Shown here: positions 1 through 11,190 of the stretch, one piece after another
Layout of the letters: each line of letters opens with the position of its first letter
Numbering within the stretch: the first letter of the stretch is position 1
Source: Escherichia coli
Lineage (GTDB): Bacteria > Pseudomonadota > Gammaproteobacteria > Enterobacterales > Enterobacteriaceae
Direction: 5' to 3' (one strand)
Assembly: GCF_003018235.1 (NCBI RefSeq)
Contig: NZ_CP027437.1
Length of the DNA stretch: 64,000 nucleotides
Translations under genes and position numbers: made by a program
The notes under the pieces: model-generated
Told to the model about the DNA's origin: nothing
The model's database searches: none
The model's input: the letters and a program-made list of their open reading frames with translations, nothing else

Positions 1-1
1 C

Positions 2-2185
2 CAGGATGTTATTGCCATGTTTGACATGAATAAGCCAGAGGGCTTTGACTGTCCGGGATGTGCATGGCCAGATCCTAAGCACAGTGCGTCATTCGACATT
101 TGTGAAAACGGCGCAAAAGCAATCGCCTGGGAAGTCACGGATAAGCAGGTAAATGCCTCTTTCTTTGCTGAGAATACGGTTCAATCATTACTTACCTGGG
201 GAGATCACGAGCTTGAGGCTGCGGGGCGTCTCACTCAGCCTTTGAAATATGATGCCGTCAGCGACTGTTACAAGCCATTAAGCTGGCAACAAGCTTTCGA
301 CGAAATAGGCGCACGCCTTCAAAGCTATAGTGATCCCAATCAGGTTGAATTCTATACTTCGGGCCGCACTTCCAATGAAGCTGCCTTTCTTTATCAGCTT
401 TTTGCCCGTGAATACGGGAGCAATAACTTTCCCGACTGTTCCAACATGTGCCATGAACCGACCAGTGTGGGTTTGGCAGCGAGTATCGGTGTAGGTAAAG
501 GGACCGTGTTGCTGGAAGACTTTGAGAAATGCGATTTAGTCATTTGCATTGGGCATAACCCTGGTACAAACCACCCTCGCATGTTGACTTCGTTGCGCGC
601 TTTAGTGAAACGGGGAGCGAAAATGATCGCCATCAATCCTCTACAGGAACGTGGCCTGGAGCGATTTACCGCACCGCAAAACCCGTTTGAAATGCTGACG
701 AACTCTGAGACTCAGTTGGCCAGTGCCTACTACAACGTGCGCATTGGTGGTGATATGGCGTTGCTCAAGGGGATGATGCGCCTGTTAATTGAGCGCGATG
801 ATGCTGCAAGCGCCGCAGGTCGGCCCTCATTGCTGGATGACGAATTTATTCAAACGCATACCGTCGGCTTTGACGAGCTACGCCGTGACGTTCTCAATTC
901 CGAGTGGAAAGATATCGAGCGTATTTCTGGACTAAGTCAGACTCAAATCGCCGAACTGGCTGATGCATATGCCGCTGCCGAACGCACCATTATCTGTTAC
1001 GGAATGGGGATCACTCAGCACGAACATGGTACCCAGAATGTACAGCAACTGGTCAATCTGCTGTTGATGAAAGGTAACATTGGCAAGCCTGGTGCGGGTA
1101 TCTGCCCACTACGAGGTCACTCTAATGTACAGGGCGACCGAACCGTCGGTATCACCGAGAAACCGTCTGCAGAGTTTCTGGCTCGCCTGGGTGAGCGCTA
1201 TGGTTTCACCCCACCTCATGCACCTGGACATGCTGCAATTGCCAGCATGCAAGCAATATGTACGGGGCAGGCTCGAGCATTGATCTGCATGGGGGGCAAC
1301 TTTGCACTGGCAATGCCAGATCGGGAAGCGAGCGCTGTACCGTTAACGCAATTAGACCTGGCGGTACACGTTGCCACTAAGCTTAACCGCTCTCATCTGC
1401 TGACCGCACAGCATAGCTATATTCTGCCGGTTCTTGGGCGTAGCGAGATTGACATGCAAAAAAGCGGTGCGCAGGCGGTAACCGTTGAGGATTCAATGTC
1501 GATGATTCATGCCTCGCGTGGCGTGTTAAAACCCGCCGGTGTAATGCTGAAATCAGAGTGTGCAGTGGTCGCGGGAATCGCGCAGGCAGCACTACCCCAG
1601 AGCGTGGTAGCCTGGGAGTATCTGGTGGAAGATTATGATCGCATTCGCAATGACATTGAAGCTGTGCTGCCAGAGTTCGCCGACTATAACCAGCGCATCC
1701 GTCATCCTGGAGGTTTTCACCTGATAAACGCAGCTGCTGAAAGGCGCTGGAGGACGTCGTCAGGTAAGGCTAATTTCATTACCAGTAAAGGGCTGTTAGA
1801 AGATCCCTCTTCAGCGTTTAACAGTAAGCTAGTCATGGCGACAGTACGCAGTCACGATCAGTACAACACGACGATTTATGGTATGGATGATCGCTATCGA
1901 GGGGTATTCGGTCAACGAGATGTGGTCTTTATGAGTGCTAAACAAGCTAAAATTTGCCGTGTAAAAAACGGCGAAAGAGTTAATCTTATTGCGCTTACGC
2001 CAGACGGTAAGCGAAGCTCACGCCGCATGGATAGATTAAAAGTGGTCATTTACCCTATGGCTGACCGCTCACTGGTGACCTATTTTCCAGAATCGAATCA
2101 CATGCTAACACTTGATAACCACGATCCATTAAGTGGCATTCCTGGCTATAAAAGTATTCCGGTTGAATTAGAACCATCAAATTAA
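2..2185 (+). CDS. ydeP: Molybdopterin-containing oxidoreductase YdeP, acid-resistance associated; 5' end cut by window edge
   Basis: ORF 17..2185 is open back to position 2 in the same frame; N-terminal Cys cluster (CPGCAW) typical of formate-dehydrogenase-like Mo enzymes; recognised as E. coli YdeP from the translation. Confidence 0.9.
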   Translation, partial: QDVIAMFDMNKPEGFDCPGCAWPDPKHSASFDICENGAKAIAWEVTDKQVNASFFAENTVQSLLTWGDHELEAAGRLTQPLKYDAVSDCYKPLSWQQAFDEIGARLQSYSDPNQVEFYTSGRTSNEAAFLYQLFAREYGSNNFPDCSNMCHEPTSVGLAASIGVGKGTVLLEDFEKCDLVICIGHNPGTNHPRMLTSLRALVKRGAKMIAINPLQERGLERFTAPQNPFEMLTNSETQLASAYYNVRIGGDMALLKGMMRLLIERDDAASAAGRPSLLDDEFIQTHTVGFDELRRDVLNSEWKDIERISGLSQTQIAELADAYAAAERTIICYGMGITQHEHGTQNVQQLVNLLLMKGNIGKPGAGICPLRGHSNVQGDRTVGITEKPSAEFLARLGERYGFTPPHAPGHAAIASMQAICTGQARALICMGGNFALAMPDREASAVPLTQLDLAVHVATKLNRSHLLTAQHSYILPVLGRSEIDMQKSGAQAVTVEDSMSMIHASRGVLKPAGVMLKSECAVVAGIAQAALPQSVVAWEYLVEDYDRIRNDIEAVLPEFADYNQRIRHPGGFHLINAAAERRWRTSSGKANFITSKGLLEDPSSAFNSKLVMATVRSHDQYNTTIYGMDDRYRGVFGQRDVVFMSAKQAKICRVKNGERVNLIALTPDGKRSSRRMDRLKVVIYPMADRSLVTYFPESNHMLTLDNHDPLSGIPGYKSIPVELEPSN

Positions 2186-2198
2186 TTCGCCTCCTCAT

Positions 2199-2229
2199 TT
2201 CTTCTGCTGTCATCCGCACAGCAGAAGAA
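2199..2229 (+). terminator. Perfect 12-bp inverted repeat (ttcttctgctgt / acagcagaagaa, 7-nt loop) just after the ydeP stop; probable transcription terminator
   Basis: Palindrome read directly in sequence; no strong T-tract follows, so efficiency is uncertain. Confidence 0.45.
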
Positions 2230-2303
2230 TTCCTCATTGACCATTGTCGCGCAATTTACTCACATGTGCTAAATTAAACTGCTCGTTATAAGATATATAC
2301 CTC

Positions 2304-2321
2304 CGCCTACAGCTGTAAGAA
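2304..2321 (+). promoter_or_regulatory. Candidate EvgA box upstream of safA-ydeO (CCTACA-gc-TGTAAGAA)
   Basis: Near match to the 18-bp EvgA inverted-repeat consensus TTCYTACA-N2-TGTARGAA, about 110 bp upstream of the safA start; EvgA control of safA-ydeO is established knowledge. Confidence 0.45.
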
Positions 2322-2432
2322 ACTCCGCTCAGTACCGAAGCGCCAGTCCTATTTCCTCTATTCTCCAGCCTGTTATATTAAGCATACTGATTAACGATGC
2401 TTAACGTCATTCATTTAATAAACACATTTGAA

Positions 2433-2630
2433 ATGCATGCGACCATAGTGAAAAACAAAATCACGCAAAGAGACAACTATAAAGAAATCATGTCTGTAAT
2501 TGTGGTTGTCTTATTACTGACCCTTACGTTGATAGCCATTTTTTCGGCAATTGATCAGCTGGGTATTTCAGAAATGGGTCGCATTGCAAGGGATCTTACA
2601 CATTTCATTATCAATAGTTTGCAAGACTGA
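2433..2630 (+). CDS. safA: SafA, small membrane connector protein between the EvgS/EvgA and PhoQ/PhoP systems (65 aa)
   Basis: ORF 2397..2630 contains the SafA sequence from the internal ATG at 2433 (MHATIVKNKITQRDNYKEIMSVIVVVLLLTL...); single transmembrane segment. Confidence 0.85.
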   Translation: MHATIVKNKITQRDNYKEIMSVIVVVLLLTLTLIAIFSAIDQLGISEMGRIARDLTHFIINSLQD

Positions 2631-2704
2631 AAATAAACAGCAAATTATAAATATGAAATGTTAAAAAAGTATCGATAAAAACTTTATTGTTTTAAGGAGA
2701 TAAA

Positions 2705-3466
2705 ATGTCGCTCGTTTGTTCTGTTATATTTATTCATCATGCCTTCAACGCTAACATTTTAGATAAAGATTACGCCTTCTCTGACGGCGAGATCCTGATG
2801 GTAGATAACGCTGTTCGTACGCATTTTGAACCTTATGAGCGGCATTTCAAAGAAATCGGATTTAATGAAAATACCATTAAAAAATATCTACAATGCACTA
2901 ACATCCAGACAGTGACGGTGCCTGTTCCTGCGAAGTTTTTACGTGCTTCAAATGTACCGACTGGATTGCTTAATGAAATGATTGCTTATCTCAACTCGGA
3001 AGAACGCAATCATCATAATTTTTCAGAACTTTTGCTTTTTTCTTGCCTGTCTATTTTTGCCACATGCAAAGGTTTCATTACACTATTAACTAACGGTGTG
3101 CTATCCGTTTCCGGGAAAGTGAGAAATATTGTCAACATGAAGCTGGCGCACCCATGGAAGCTGAAAGATATTTGTGACTGCCTGTACATCAGTGAAAGCC
3201 TGCTCAAGAAAAAACTAAAGCAAGAGCAAACGACATTCTCACAGATTCTTTTAGATGCCAGAATGCAGCACGCAAAAAATTTGATACGCGTAGAAGGTTC
3301 AGTTAATAAAATTGCCGAACAATGTGGTTATGCCAGTACATCTTATTTTATTTATGCGTTCCGCAAACATTTCGGCAACAGTCCGAAGAGAGTTTCTAAG
3401 GAGTACCGTTGTCAAAGGCACACGGGAATAAATACGGGCAACACGATGAATGCTTTAGCTATTTGA
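2705..3466 (+). CDS. ydeO: AraC-family transcriptional activator YdeO (acid resistance)
   Basis: 253-aa ORF with C-terminal AraC-type HTH; AGGAG RBS 7 nt upstream of ATG; recognised as YdeO. Confidence 0.9.
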   Translation: MSLVCSVIFIHHAFNANILDKDYAFSDGEILMVDNAVRTHFEPYERHFKEIGFNENTIKKYLQCTNIQTVTVPVPAKFLRASNVPTGLLNEMIAYLNSEERNHHNFSELLLFSCLSIFATCKGFITLLTNGVLSVSGKVRNIVNMKLAHPWKLKDICDCLYISESLLKKKLKQEQTTFSQILLDARMQHAKNLIRVEGSVNKIAEQCGYASTSYFIYAFRKHFGNSPKRVSKEYRCQRHTGINTGNTMNALAI

Positions 3467-3515
3467 TTATTTGCTAACAAGTATTCAACCACGCACCCTA
3501 CGTAAAAATTAAAAT

Positions 3516-3536
3516 GGGGCAGCCATTCCCTGCCCC
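3516..3536 (+). terminator. Stem-loop (ggggcag ... ctgcccc) downstream of ydeO
   Basis: Inverted repeat read in sequence; weak T-tract. Confidence 0.35.
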
Positions 3537-3868
3537 GCGTTGTCTCCAGTCGATATATTATCATGAGATAAATAAGTGACAGCCGTCACATATTTATGCA
3601 TTTACATAACCTGTTGCATGATTATTTATGATCTCAATTCTGGATTTTGTCAGTAAATATAATATTTTATTAAATATCAATGGATTAGATGTTTATCATT
3701 GAGAAATTACTTAGTAGAACAGAAAGTAATGTCAACGCTTTATGGACTGTTATTTCCCTTTTTTTAGCTAAATCTGCTATCTCTTTATGTGACTAACTTC
3801 ACTTACACCCACTTATTTCTCTTCGTAAAATTACTTTGGAATTAAGTACAATAAGAAGAGGAACATTT

Positions 3869-5551
3869 ATGAAGTCTGCATTAAAGAAAAGTGTCGTAAG
3901 TACCTCGATATCTTTGATACTGGCATCTGGTATGGCTGCATTTGCTGCTCATGCGGCAGATGATGTAAAGCTGAAAGCAACCAAAACAAACGTTGCTTTC
4001 TCAGACTTTACGCCGACTGAATACAGTACCAAGGGAAAGCCAAATATTATCGTACTGACTATGGATGATCTTGGTTATGGACAACTTCCTTTTGATAAGG
4101 GATCTTTTGACCCAAAAACAATGGAAAATCGTGAAGTTGTCGATACCTACAAAATAGGGATAGATAAAGCCATTGAAGCTGCGCAAAAATCAACGCCGAC
4201 GCTCCTTTCATTAATGGATGAAGGCGTACGTTTTACTAACGGCTATGTGGCGCACGGTGTTTCCGGCCCCTCCCGCGCCGCAATAATGACCGGTCGAGCG
4301 CCCGCCCGCTTTGGTGTCTATTCCAATACCGATGCTCAGGATGGTATTCCGCTAACAGAAACTTTCTTGCCTGAATTATTCCAGAATCATGGTTATTACA
4401 CTGCAGCAGTAGGTAAATGGCACTTGTCAAAAATCAGTAATGTGCCGGTACCGGAAGATAAACAAACGCGTGACTATCATGACAACTTCACCACATTTTC
4501 TGCGGAAGAATGGCAACCTCAAAACCGTGGCTTTGATTACTTTATGGGATTCCACGCTGCAGGAACGGCATATTACAACTCCCCTTCACTGTTCAAAAAC
4601 CGTGAACGCGTCCCCGCAAAAGGTTATATCAGCGATCAGTTAACCGATGAGGCAATTGGCGTTGTTGATCGTGCCAAAACACTTGACCAGCCTTTTATGC
4701 TTTACCTGGCTTATAATGCTCCGCACCTGCCAAATGATAATCCTGCACCGGAGCAATATCAGAAGCAATTTAATACTGGTAGTCAAACAGCAGATAACTA
4801 CTACGCTTCCGTTTATTCTGTTGATCAGGGTGTAAAACGCATTCTCGAACAACTGAAGAAGAACGGACAGTATGACAATACTATTATTCTCTTTACCTCC
4901 GATAATGGTGCGGTTATCGATGGTCCTCTGCCGCTGAACGGGGCGCAAAAAGGCTATAAGAGTCAGACCTATCCTGGCGGTACTCACACCCCAATGTTTA
5001 TGTGGTGGAAAGGAAAACTTCAACCCGGTAATTATGACAAGCTGATTTCCGCAATGGATTTCTACCCGACAGCTCTTGATGCAGCCGATATCAGCATTCC
5101 AAAAGACCTTAAGCTGGATGGCGTTTCCTTGCTGCCCTGGTTGCAAGATAAGAAACAAGGTGAGCCACATAAAAATCTGACCTGGATAACCTCTTATTCT
5201 CACTGGTTTGATGAGGAAAATATTCCCTTCTGGGATAATTACCACAAATTTGTCCGCCATCAGTCAGACGATTACCCGCATAACCCCAACACCGAGGATT
5301 TAAGCCAATTCTCTTATACGGTGAGAAATAACGATTATTCGCTAGTCTATACAGTAGAAAACAATCAGTTAGGTCTCTACAAACTGACGGATCTACAGCA
5401 AAAAGATAACCTTGCCTCCGCGAATCCGCAGGTCGTTAAAGAGATGCAAGGCGTGGTAAGAGAGTTTATCGACAACAGCCAGCCACCGCTTAGCGAGGTA
5501 AATCAGGAGAAGTTTAACAATATCAAGAAAGCACTAAGCGAAGCGAAATAA
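3869..5551 (+). CDS. ydeN: Putative serine-type sulfatase YdeN with signal peptide
   Basis: Start at ATG 3869 (MKSALKK..., AGAGGAA RBS) within ORF 3836..5551; sulfatase active-site signature with Ser in place of Cys (GVSGPSRAAIMTGR). Confidence 0.9.
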   Translation: MKSALKKSVVSTSISLILASGMAAFAAHAADDVKLKATKTNVAFSDFTPTEYSTKGKPNIIVLTMDDLGYGQLPFDKGSFDPKTMENREVVDTYKIGIDKAIEAAQKSTPTLLSLMDEGVRFTNGYVAHGVSGPSRAAIMTGRAPARFGVYSNTDAQDGIPLTETFLPELFQNHGYYTAAVGKWHLSKISNVPVPEDKQTRDYHDNFTTFSAEEWQPQNRGFDYFMGFHAAGTAYYNSPSLFKNRERVPAKGYISDQLTDEAIGVVDRAKTLDQPFMLYLAYNAPHLPNDNPAPEQYQKQFNTGSQTADNYYASVYSVDQGVKRILEQLKKNGQYDNTIILFTSDNGAVIDGPLPLNGAQKGYKSQTYPGGTHTPMFMWWKGKLQPGNYDKLISAMDFYPTALDAADISIPKDLKLDGVSLLPWLQDKKQGEPHKNLTWITSYSHWFDEENIPFWDNYHKFVRHQSDDYPHNPNTEDLSQFSYTVRNNDYSLVYTVENNQLGLYKLTDLQQKDNLASANPQVVKEMQGVVREFIDNSQPPLSEVNQEKFNNIKKALSEAK

Positions 5552-5563
5552 CTAAACCTTCAT

Positions 5564-5589
5564 GCGGCGGATTTTTCCGCCGCCTTATT
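5564..5589 (+). terminator. Hairpin gcggcgg-attttt-ccgccgc between ydeN and ydeM (partial terminator or attenuator)
   Basis: Inverted repeat read directly; sits only ~15 nt before the ydeM start so read-through is likely. Confidence 0.35.
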
Positions 5590-5602
5590 GAGCGAGATAG
5601 CG

Positions 5603-6760
5603 ATGCACGTTACAGCCAAGCCCTCCAGTTTTCAATGTAATCTCAAATGTGATTACTGTTTTTACCTTGAAAAAGAGTCGCAGTTTACTCATGAAAAATG
5701 GATGGATGACAGCACTCTGAAAGAGTTCATCAAACAATATATCGCAGCGTCTGGCAATCAGGTCTATTTTACCTGGCAAGGCGGTGAACCCACTCTGGCT
5801 GGCCTGGATTTTTTCCGTAAAGTTATTCACTATCAACAACGCTATGCCGGCCAAAAACGAATTTTTAATGCATTACAAACGAATGGCATTTTATTGAATA
5901 ATGAATGGTGTGCCTTTCTCAAAGAACATGAGTTTCTGGTTGGTATCTCGATCGATGGCCCCCAGGAGCTACATGACCGCTACAGACGCAGTAATTCAGG
6001 TAACGGTACTTTTGCAAAAGTGATAGCAGCCATCGAGCGTCTGAAATCATATCAAATAGAGTTTAATACGTTAACCGTCATTAATAACATTAATGTCCAT
6101 TACCCTCTTGAGGTTTATCATTTTTTAAAATCTATCGGCAGTAAACATATGCAATTTATCGAATTGCTCGAAACCGGGACGCCGAATATTGATTTCAGTG
6201 GTCATAGTGAGAACACATTCCGTATCATTGATTTTTCTGTGCCTCCTACGGCTTATGGCAAGTTTATGTCGACCATTTTTATGCAATGGGTTAAAAACGA
6301 TGTGGGTGAAATTTTCATCCGTCAGTTTGAAAGCTTTGCCAGCCGTTTTTTGGGGAATGGGCATACCAGTTGTATTTTCCAGGAGTCCTGCAAGGATAAT
6401 CTGGTTGTTGAAAGTAATGGAGACATTTACGAATGCGACCATTTTGTCTATCCACAGTACAAAATTGGAAACATTAATAAATCTGAACTTAAAACGATGA
6501 ACAGTGTACAACTGACAGCGCAAAAAAAACGGATTTCAGCGAAATGTCAGCAATGTGCATATAAACCTATCTGCAATGGCGGTTGCCCTAAGCATCGTAT
6601 TACTAAAGTAAACAATGAGACTGTTTCCTATTTTTGCGAAGGTTATAAAATCCTTTTTTCAACCATGGTACCTTATATGAACGCCATGGTGGAGTTAGCC
6701 AAGAACAGAGTACCGCTTTACCACATCATGGATGTTGCAAGACAAATGGAGAATAATTAA
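5603..6760 (+). CDS. ydeM: Radical-SAM anaerobic sulfatase-maturating enzyme homolog YdeM
   Basis: CxxxCxxC radical-SAM motif (CNLKCDYC) near the N-terminus plus C-terminal Cys clusters; start at ATG 5603 (MHVTAKPSS...). Confidence 0.9.
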   Translation: MHVTAKPSSFQCNLKCDYCFYLEKESQFTHEKWMDDSTLKEFIKQYIAASGNQVYFTWQGGEPTLAGLDFFRKVIHYQQRYAGQKRIFNALQTNGILLNNEWCAFLKEHEFLVGISIDGPQELHDRYRRSNSGNGTFAKVIAAIERLKSYQIEFNTLTVINNINVHYPLEVYHFLKSIGSKHMQFIELLETGTPNIDFSGHSENTFRIIDFSVPPTAYGKFMSTIFMQWVKNDVGEIFIRQFESFASRFLGNGHTSCIFQESCKDNLVVESNGDIYECDHFVYPQYKIGNINKSELKTMNSVQLTAQKKRISAKCQQCAYKPICNGGCPKHRITKVNNETVSYFCEGYKILFSTMVPYMNAMVELAKNRVPLYHIMDVARQMENN

Positions 6761-7000
6761 TAACGCTCCCTCTTTGCTCCAGTCTTAGCTTCGTTCTTAT
6801 GGCCTTAACAAGACACCCGACATAAATTACTGTTGGGTGTTTCGTCATCATCATCTTCCCTTGCGAAAATTCTGACTTACGTGGTATGCGTCAGGGCATT
6901 AGCAATACCCTTGATTATCAATAGCATAACCATAACCACTGAAAATTAAAAAATTCTTTATATTTCATATTGTTAAATGATACTTAAATAAATTTCATCA

Positions 7001-7030
7001 GTAAATCATTGCCATAGATAATCATTGGAT
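7001..7030 (+). promoter_or_regulatory. Candidate Fur box upstream of yddA (aaatcatt...gataatcatt)
   Basis: Repeated GATAAT/ATCATT hexamers resembling the Fur consensus GATAATGATAATCATTATC; a second AATGATAACCATT element overlaps the yddA start codon. Confidence 0.4.
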
Positions 7031-7050
7031 GGCACAATCAATTTTCGCTA

Positions 7051-8736
7051 ATGATAACCATTCCCATTACATTTCGTATGTTGATAGCAAAGTATCTCTG
7101 TCTGCTGAAGCCCTTTTGGCTGCGTAAGAATAATAAAACTTCAGTGCTGTTAATCATTATTATCCTCGCCATGATCCTTGGCGTTGTTAAAATTCAGGTC
7201 TGGTTAAACGACTGGAATAATGATTTTTTCAATGCGCTAAGCCAGAAAGAAACCGATAAGCTTTGGCAGCTTGTTCTTTGGTTCCCTGCCCTGCTGGGGA
7301 TCTTTGTATTAATATCCGTAAACAAAACATGGTTAATTAAACTACTGACAATTCGCTGGCGCGAATGGTTAACAGATTACTACCTTAATCGCTGGTTTGC
7401 AGATAAAAACTACTACTTCACGCAGATCTACGGTGAGCATAAAAATACAGATAACCCTGACCAACGTATCGCTGAAGACATTCTCTTACTGATCAGCAAA
7501 ACGCTCAGCCTTTCATTTGGCTTCATCCAGTCACTTAGCATGCTGATCACCTTTACCGTTATTCTTTGGCAAAGCGCGGGTACGCTCTCATTCACTGTTG
7601 GTGGAACTGAATGGAATATCCAGGGGTATATGGTCTATACCGTCGTGCTCATTGTGATCTGTGGAACTTTATTTACCCATAAGGTTGGTAAACGTATTCG
7701 TCCGCTTAATGTGGAAAAACAACGTAGCGAAGCGACATTTCGAACTAATCTTGTGCAGCATAATAAGCAGGCAGAACTGATTGCGCTAAGCAATGCTGAG
7801 TCTTTACAACGCCAGGAGTTGAGCGACAATTTTCATACCATTAAAGAGAACTGGCATCGTTTAATGAATCGTCAGCGCTGGCTTGATTACTGGCAGAATA
7901 TTTATTCGCGCTCGCTTAGCGTTCTTCCCTACTTTCTGTTATTGCCACAGTTTATTAGCGGACAGATCAATCTGGGCGGACTGATGAAATCGCGCCAGGC
8001 ATTTATGCTGGTATCGAACAATTTAAGCTGGTTTATTTATAAATATGACGAACTCGCTGAACTGGCTGCGGTTATCGATCGCTTGTATGAGTTCCATCAA
8101 CTCACCGAACAGCGCCCTACGAATAAGCCAAAAAATTGCCAACATGCGGTTCAAGTGGCTGACGCGAGTATTCGTACTCCTGATAATAAGGTTATATTAG
8201 AGAACCTGAACTTTCATGTTTCGCCAGGCAAATGGCTCTTACTGAAAGGTTACTCTGGTGCGGGAAAAACCACACTGCTTAAAACATTATCCCACTGCTG
8301 GCCGTGGTTTAAAGGTGATATTTCGTCTCCTGCTGACAGTTGGTATGTGTCACAAACACCGTTAATCAAAACCGGCTTACTGAAAGAGATAATTTGTAAA
8401 GCACTTCCCTTGTCCGTAGACGATAAATCGTTGAGCGAAGTACTGCATCAGGTTGGTCTGGGGAAATTGGCTGCGCGTATTCATGACCACGATCGCTGGG
8501 GAGATATTCTTTCCAGCGGCGAAAAACAACGTATCGCCCTGGCACGATTAATTTTACGACGTCCGAAATGGATATTTCTTGACGAAACTACCTCTCATCT
8601 TGAGGAACAAGAGGCTATCCGCTTACTGCGTTTAGTGCGTGAAAAACTACCCACAAGCGGCGTCATTATGGTTACACATCAACCCGGTGTCTGGAACCTG
8701 GCTGATGATATTTGTGACATTAGCGCGGTTTTATAA
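7051..8736 (+). CDS. yddA: ABC transporter YddA, fused permease and ATPase (SbmA/BacA-like)
   Basis: 561-aa ORF; N-terminal membrane domain, Walker A (GYSGAGKTT) and ABC signature (LSSGEKQRIALARL). Confidence 0.9.
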   Translation: MITIPITFRMLIAKYLCLLKPFWLRKNNKTSVLLIIIILAMILGVVKIQVWLNDWNNDFFNALSQKETDKLWQLVLWFPALLGIFVLISVNKTWLIKLLTIRWREWLTDYYLNRWFADKNYYFTQIYGEHKNTDNPDQRIAEDILLLISKTLSLSFGFIQSLSMLITFTVILWQSAGTLSFTVGGTEWNIQGYMVYTVVLIVICGTLFTHKVGKRIRPLNVEKQRSEATFRTNLVQHNKQAELIALSNAESLQRQELSDNFHTIKENWHRLMNRQRWLDYWQNIYSRSLSVLPYFLLLPQFISGQINLGGLMKSRQAFMLVSNNLSWFIYKYDELAELAAVIDRLYEFHQLTEQRPTNKPKNCQHAVQVADASIRTPDNKVILENLNFHVSPGKWLLLKGYSGAGKTTLLKTLSHCWPWFKGDISSPADSWYVSQTPLIKTGLLKEIICKALPLSVDDKSLSEVLHQVGLGKLAARIHDHDRWGDILSSGEKQRIALARLILRRPKWIFLDETTSHLEEQEAIRLLRLVREKLPTSGVIMVTHQPGVWNLADDICDISAVL

Positions 8737-8773
8737 AAACAATAAAAGCCCTGCTGTACGGAGATAAAAATAA

Positions 8774-11146
8774 ATGAAGCGAGTTCTTATTCCTGGCGTC
8801 ATTTTATGTGGCGCTGATGTGGCGCAGGCCGTCGATGACAAAAATATGTACATGCATGTTTTTGAAGAGATGACGGTCTATGCTCCTGTCCCTGTACCCG
8901 TAAACGGCAACACGCATTACACCAGTGAAAGCATCGAGCGTTTACCGACCGGGAATGGCAATATCAGCGATCTGCTGAGAACCAACCCTGCGGTACGCAT
9001 GGATTCAACGCAAAGTACCTCATTGAACCAGGGAGATATTCGCCCTGAGAAAATCTCTATTCACGGTGCGTCGCCCTACCAGAATGCCTATTTGATTGAT
9101 GGTATTAGTGCAACTAATAACCTGAACCCAGCGAATGAGTCCGATGCCAGTAGTGCAACCAATATTAGCGGGATGTCACAGGGGTATTATCTAGATGTCA
9201 GCTTACTTGACAATGTGACGCTTTATGACAGTTTTGTGCCGGTTGAATTTGGTCGCTTCAATGGCGGGGTAATTGATGCAAAGATCAAACGCTTCAATGC
9301 TGATGATAGCAGCGTGAAACTGGGTTATCGCACTACGCGTTCGGACTGGTTAACATCGCATATCGATGAGAATAACAAGAGCGCATTTAATCAAGGTTCT
9401 TCAGGAAGTACTTATTACTCTCCAGATTTTAAAAAGAACTTTTATACCTTGTCGTTTAATCAGGAACTGGCTGATAACTTCGGCGTTACCGCCGGTTTAT
9501 CGCGCCGCCAGTCTGATATCACCCGCGCGGATTATGTTTCGAATGACGGCATTGTCGCCGGTCGGGCACAGTATAAAAACGTTATCGATACCGCAGTGAG
9601 CAAATTTACCTGGTTTGCCAGCGACCGCTTTACCCACGATTTAACATTAAAATATACCGGCTCCAGTCGTGATTATAATACCAGCACCTTCCCGCAGTCT
9701 GATCGTGAAATGGGTAATAAATCCTACGGTCTGGCATGGGATATGGATACGCAGCTCGCAAGGGCCAAACTACGTACCACCGTTGGTTGGGATCATATTA
9801 GTGATTATACCCGTCACGATCATGACATCTGGTACACCGAACTTTCATGTACATATGGTGATATTACAGGGCGTTGCACCCGTGGCGGATTAGGACACAT
9901 TTCCCAGGCTGTAGATAATTACACCTTCAAAACACGCCTGGACTGGCAAAAATTCACCGTGGGTAATGTTTCGCATCAACCCTACTTCGGCGCGGAATAC
10001 ATCTATTCCGATGCATGGACTGAACGCCATAACCAGTCTGAATCCTATGTGATTAATGCTGCCGGAAAGAAAACTAACCATACCATTTACCATAAAGGTA
10101 AAGGCAGCCTGGGAATTGACAACTATACGCTGTATATGGCGGATCGCATTAGCTGGCGTAATGTGTCATTAATGCCCGGCGTGCGGTATGACTATGACAA
10201 CTATCTGTCAAACCACAATATCTCCCCGCGCTTTATGACGGAATGGGATATTTTTGCTGATCAAACCTCAATGATTACCGCCGGTTATAACCGTTACTAT
10301 GGCGGGAATATTCTTGATATGGGATTACGTGATATCCGCAATAGCTGGACGGAATCGGTATCAGGCAATAAAACCCTGACGCGTTATCAGGATTTGAAAA
10401 CACCTTATAACGATGAACTGGCAATGGGGTTGCAGCAGAAAATCGGTAAGAACGTTATTGCGCGTGCAAACTATGTTTATCGTGAAGCGCATGATCAAAT
10501 CAGTAAAAGCAGTCGTACCGACAGCGCGACTAAAACCACCATTACTGAATATAACAACGACGGCAAAACCAAAACGCATTCGTTCAACCTCAGTTTTGAA
10601 CTGGCCGAACCCCTGCATATCAGCCAGGTAGATATTAACCCGCAAATTGTCTTTAGCTATATCAAGAGCAAGGGCAACTTGTCGTTAAACAATGGTTATG
10701 AGGAAAGCAATACCGGCGATAACCAGGTGGTTTATAACGGTAATCTGGTCTCTTACGATAGCGTTCCAGTGGCAGATTTTAATAACCCATTAAAGATCTC
10801 CTTAAACATGGATTTCACGCATCAACCGAGCGGGTTGGTGTGGGCGAATACGCTGGCCTGGCAAGAAGCGCGTAAAGCTCGCATTATCCTGGGTAAGACG
10901 AATGCGCAATACATCAGCGAATATTCAGATTACAAGCAGTATGTTGACGAAAAACTGGATAGCAGCCTGACCTGGGACACCCGCTTGTCCTGGACGCCAC
11001 AATTTCTGAAACAACAAAACCTGACGATCAGTGCCGATATTCTCAATGTACTGGATAGCAAAACCGCGGTTGATACAACGAATACCGGTGTGGCGACCTA
11101 CGCCAGTGGCCGTACTTTCTGGCTTGATGTCAGCATGAAATTTTAA
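8774..11146 (+). CDS. yddB: TonB-dependent outer-membrane transporter YddB
   Basis: 790-aa ORF, C-terminal aromatic residue (..VSMKF), beta-barrel-like composition; recognised as YddB. Confidence 0.9.
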   Translation: MKRVLIPGVILCGADVAQAVDDKNMYMHVFEEMTVYAPVPVPVNGNTHYTSESIERLPTGNGNISDLLRTNPAVRMDSTQSTSLNQGDIRPEKISIHGASPYQNAYLIDGISATNNLNPANESDASSATNISGMSQGYYLDVSLLDNVTLYDSFVPVEFGRFNGGVIDAKIKRFNADDSSVKLGYRTTRSDWLTSHIDENNKSAFNQGSSGSTYYSPDFKKNFYTLSFNQELADNFGVTAGLSRRQSDITRADYVSNDGIVAGRAQYKNVIDTAVSKFTWFASDRFTHDLTLKYTGSSRDYNTSTFPQSDREMGNKSYGLAWDMDTQLARAKLRTTVGWDHISDYTRHDHDIWYTELSCTYGDITGRCTRGGLGHISQAVDNYTFKTRLDWQKFTVGNVSHQPYFGAEYIYSDAWTERHNQSESYVINAAGKKTNHTIYHKGKGSLGIDNYTLYMADRISWRNVSLMPGVRYDYDNYLSNHNISPRFMTEWDIFADQTSMITAGYNRYYGGNILDMGLRDIRNSWTESVSGNKTLTRYQDLKTPYNDELAMGLQQKIGKNVIARANYVYREAHDQISKSSRTDSATKTTITEYNNDGKTKTHSFNLSFELAEPLHISQVDINPQIVFSYIKSKGNLSLNNGYEESNTGDNQVVYNGNLVSYDSVPVADFNNPLKISLNMDFTHQPSGLVWANTLAWQEARKARIILGKTNAQYISEYSDYKQYVDEKLDSSLTWDTRLSWTPQFLKQQNLTISADILNVLDSKTAVDTTNTGVATYASGRTFWLDVSMKF

Positions 11147-11190
11147 TAGTTCGGATTTTACTTAACCGGGTAAATTTGCCCGGTTTTCGC

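Noticed and set aside
4640-5260. 206-aa minus-strand ORF inside ydeN
   Set aside because: Fully embedded antisense in the sulfatase gene; hydrophobic low-complexity translation; no independent support.
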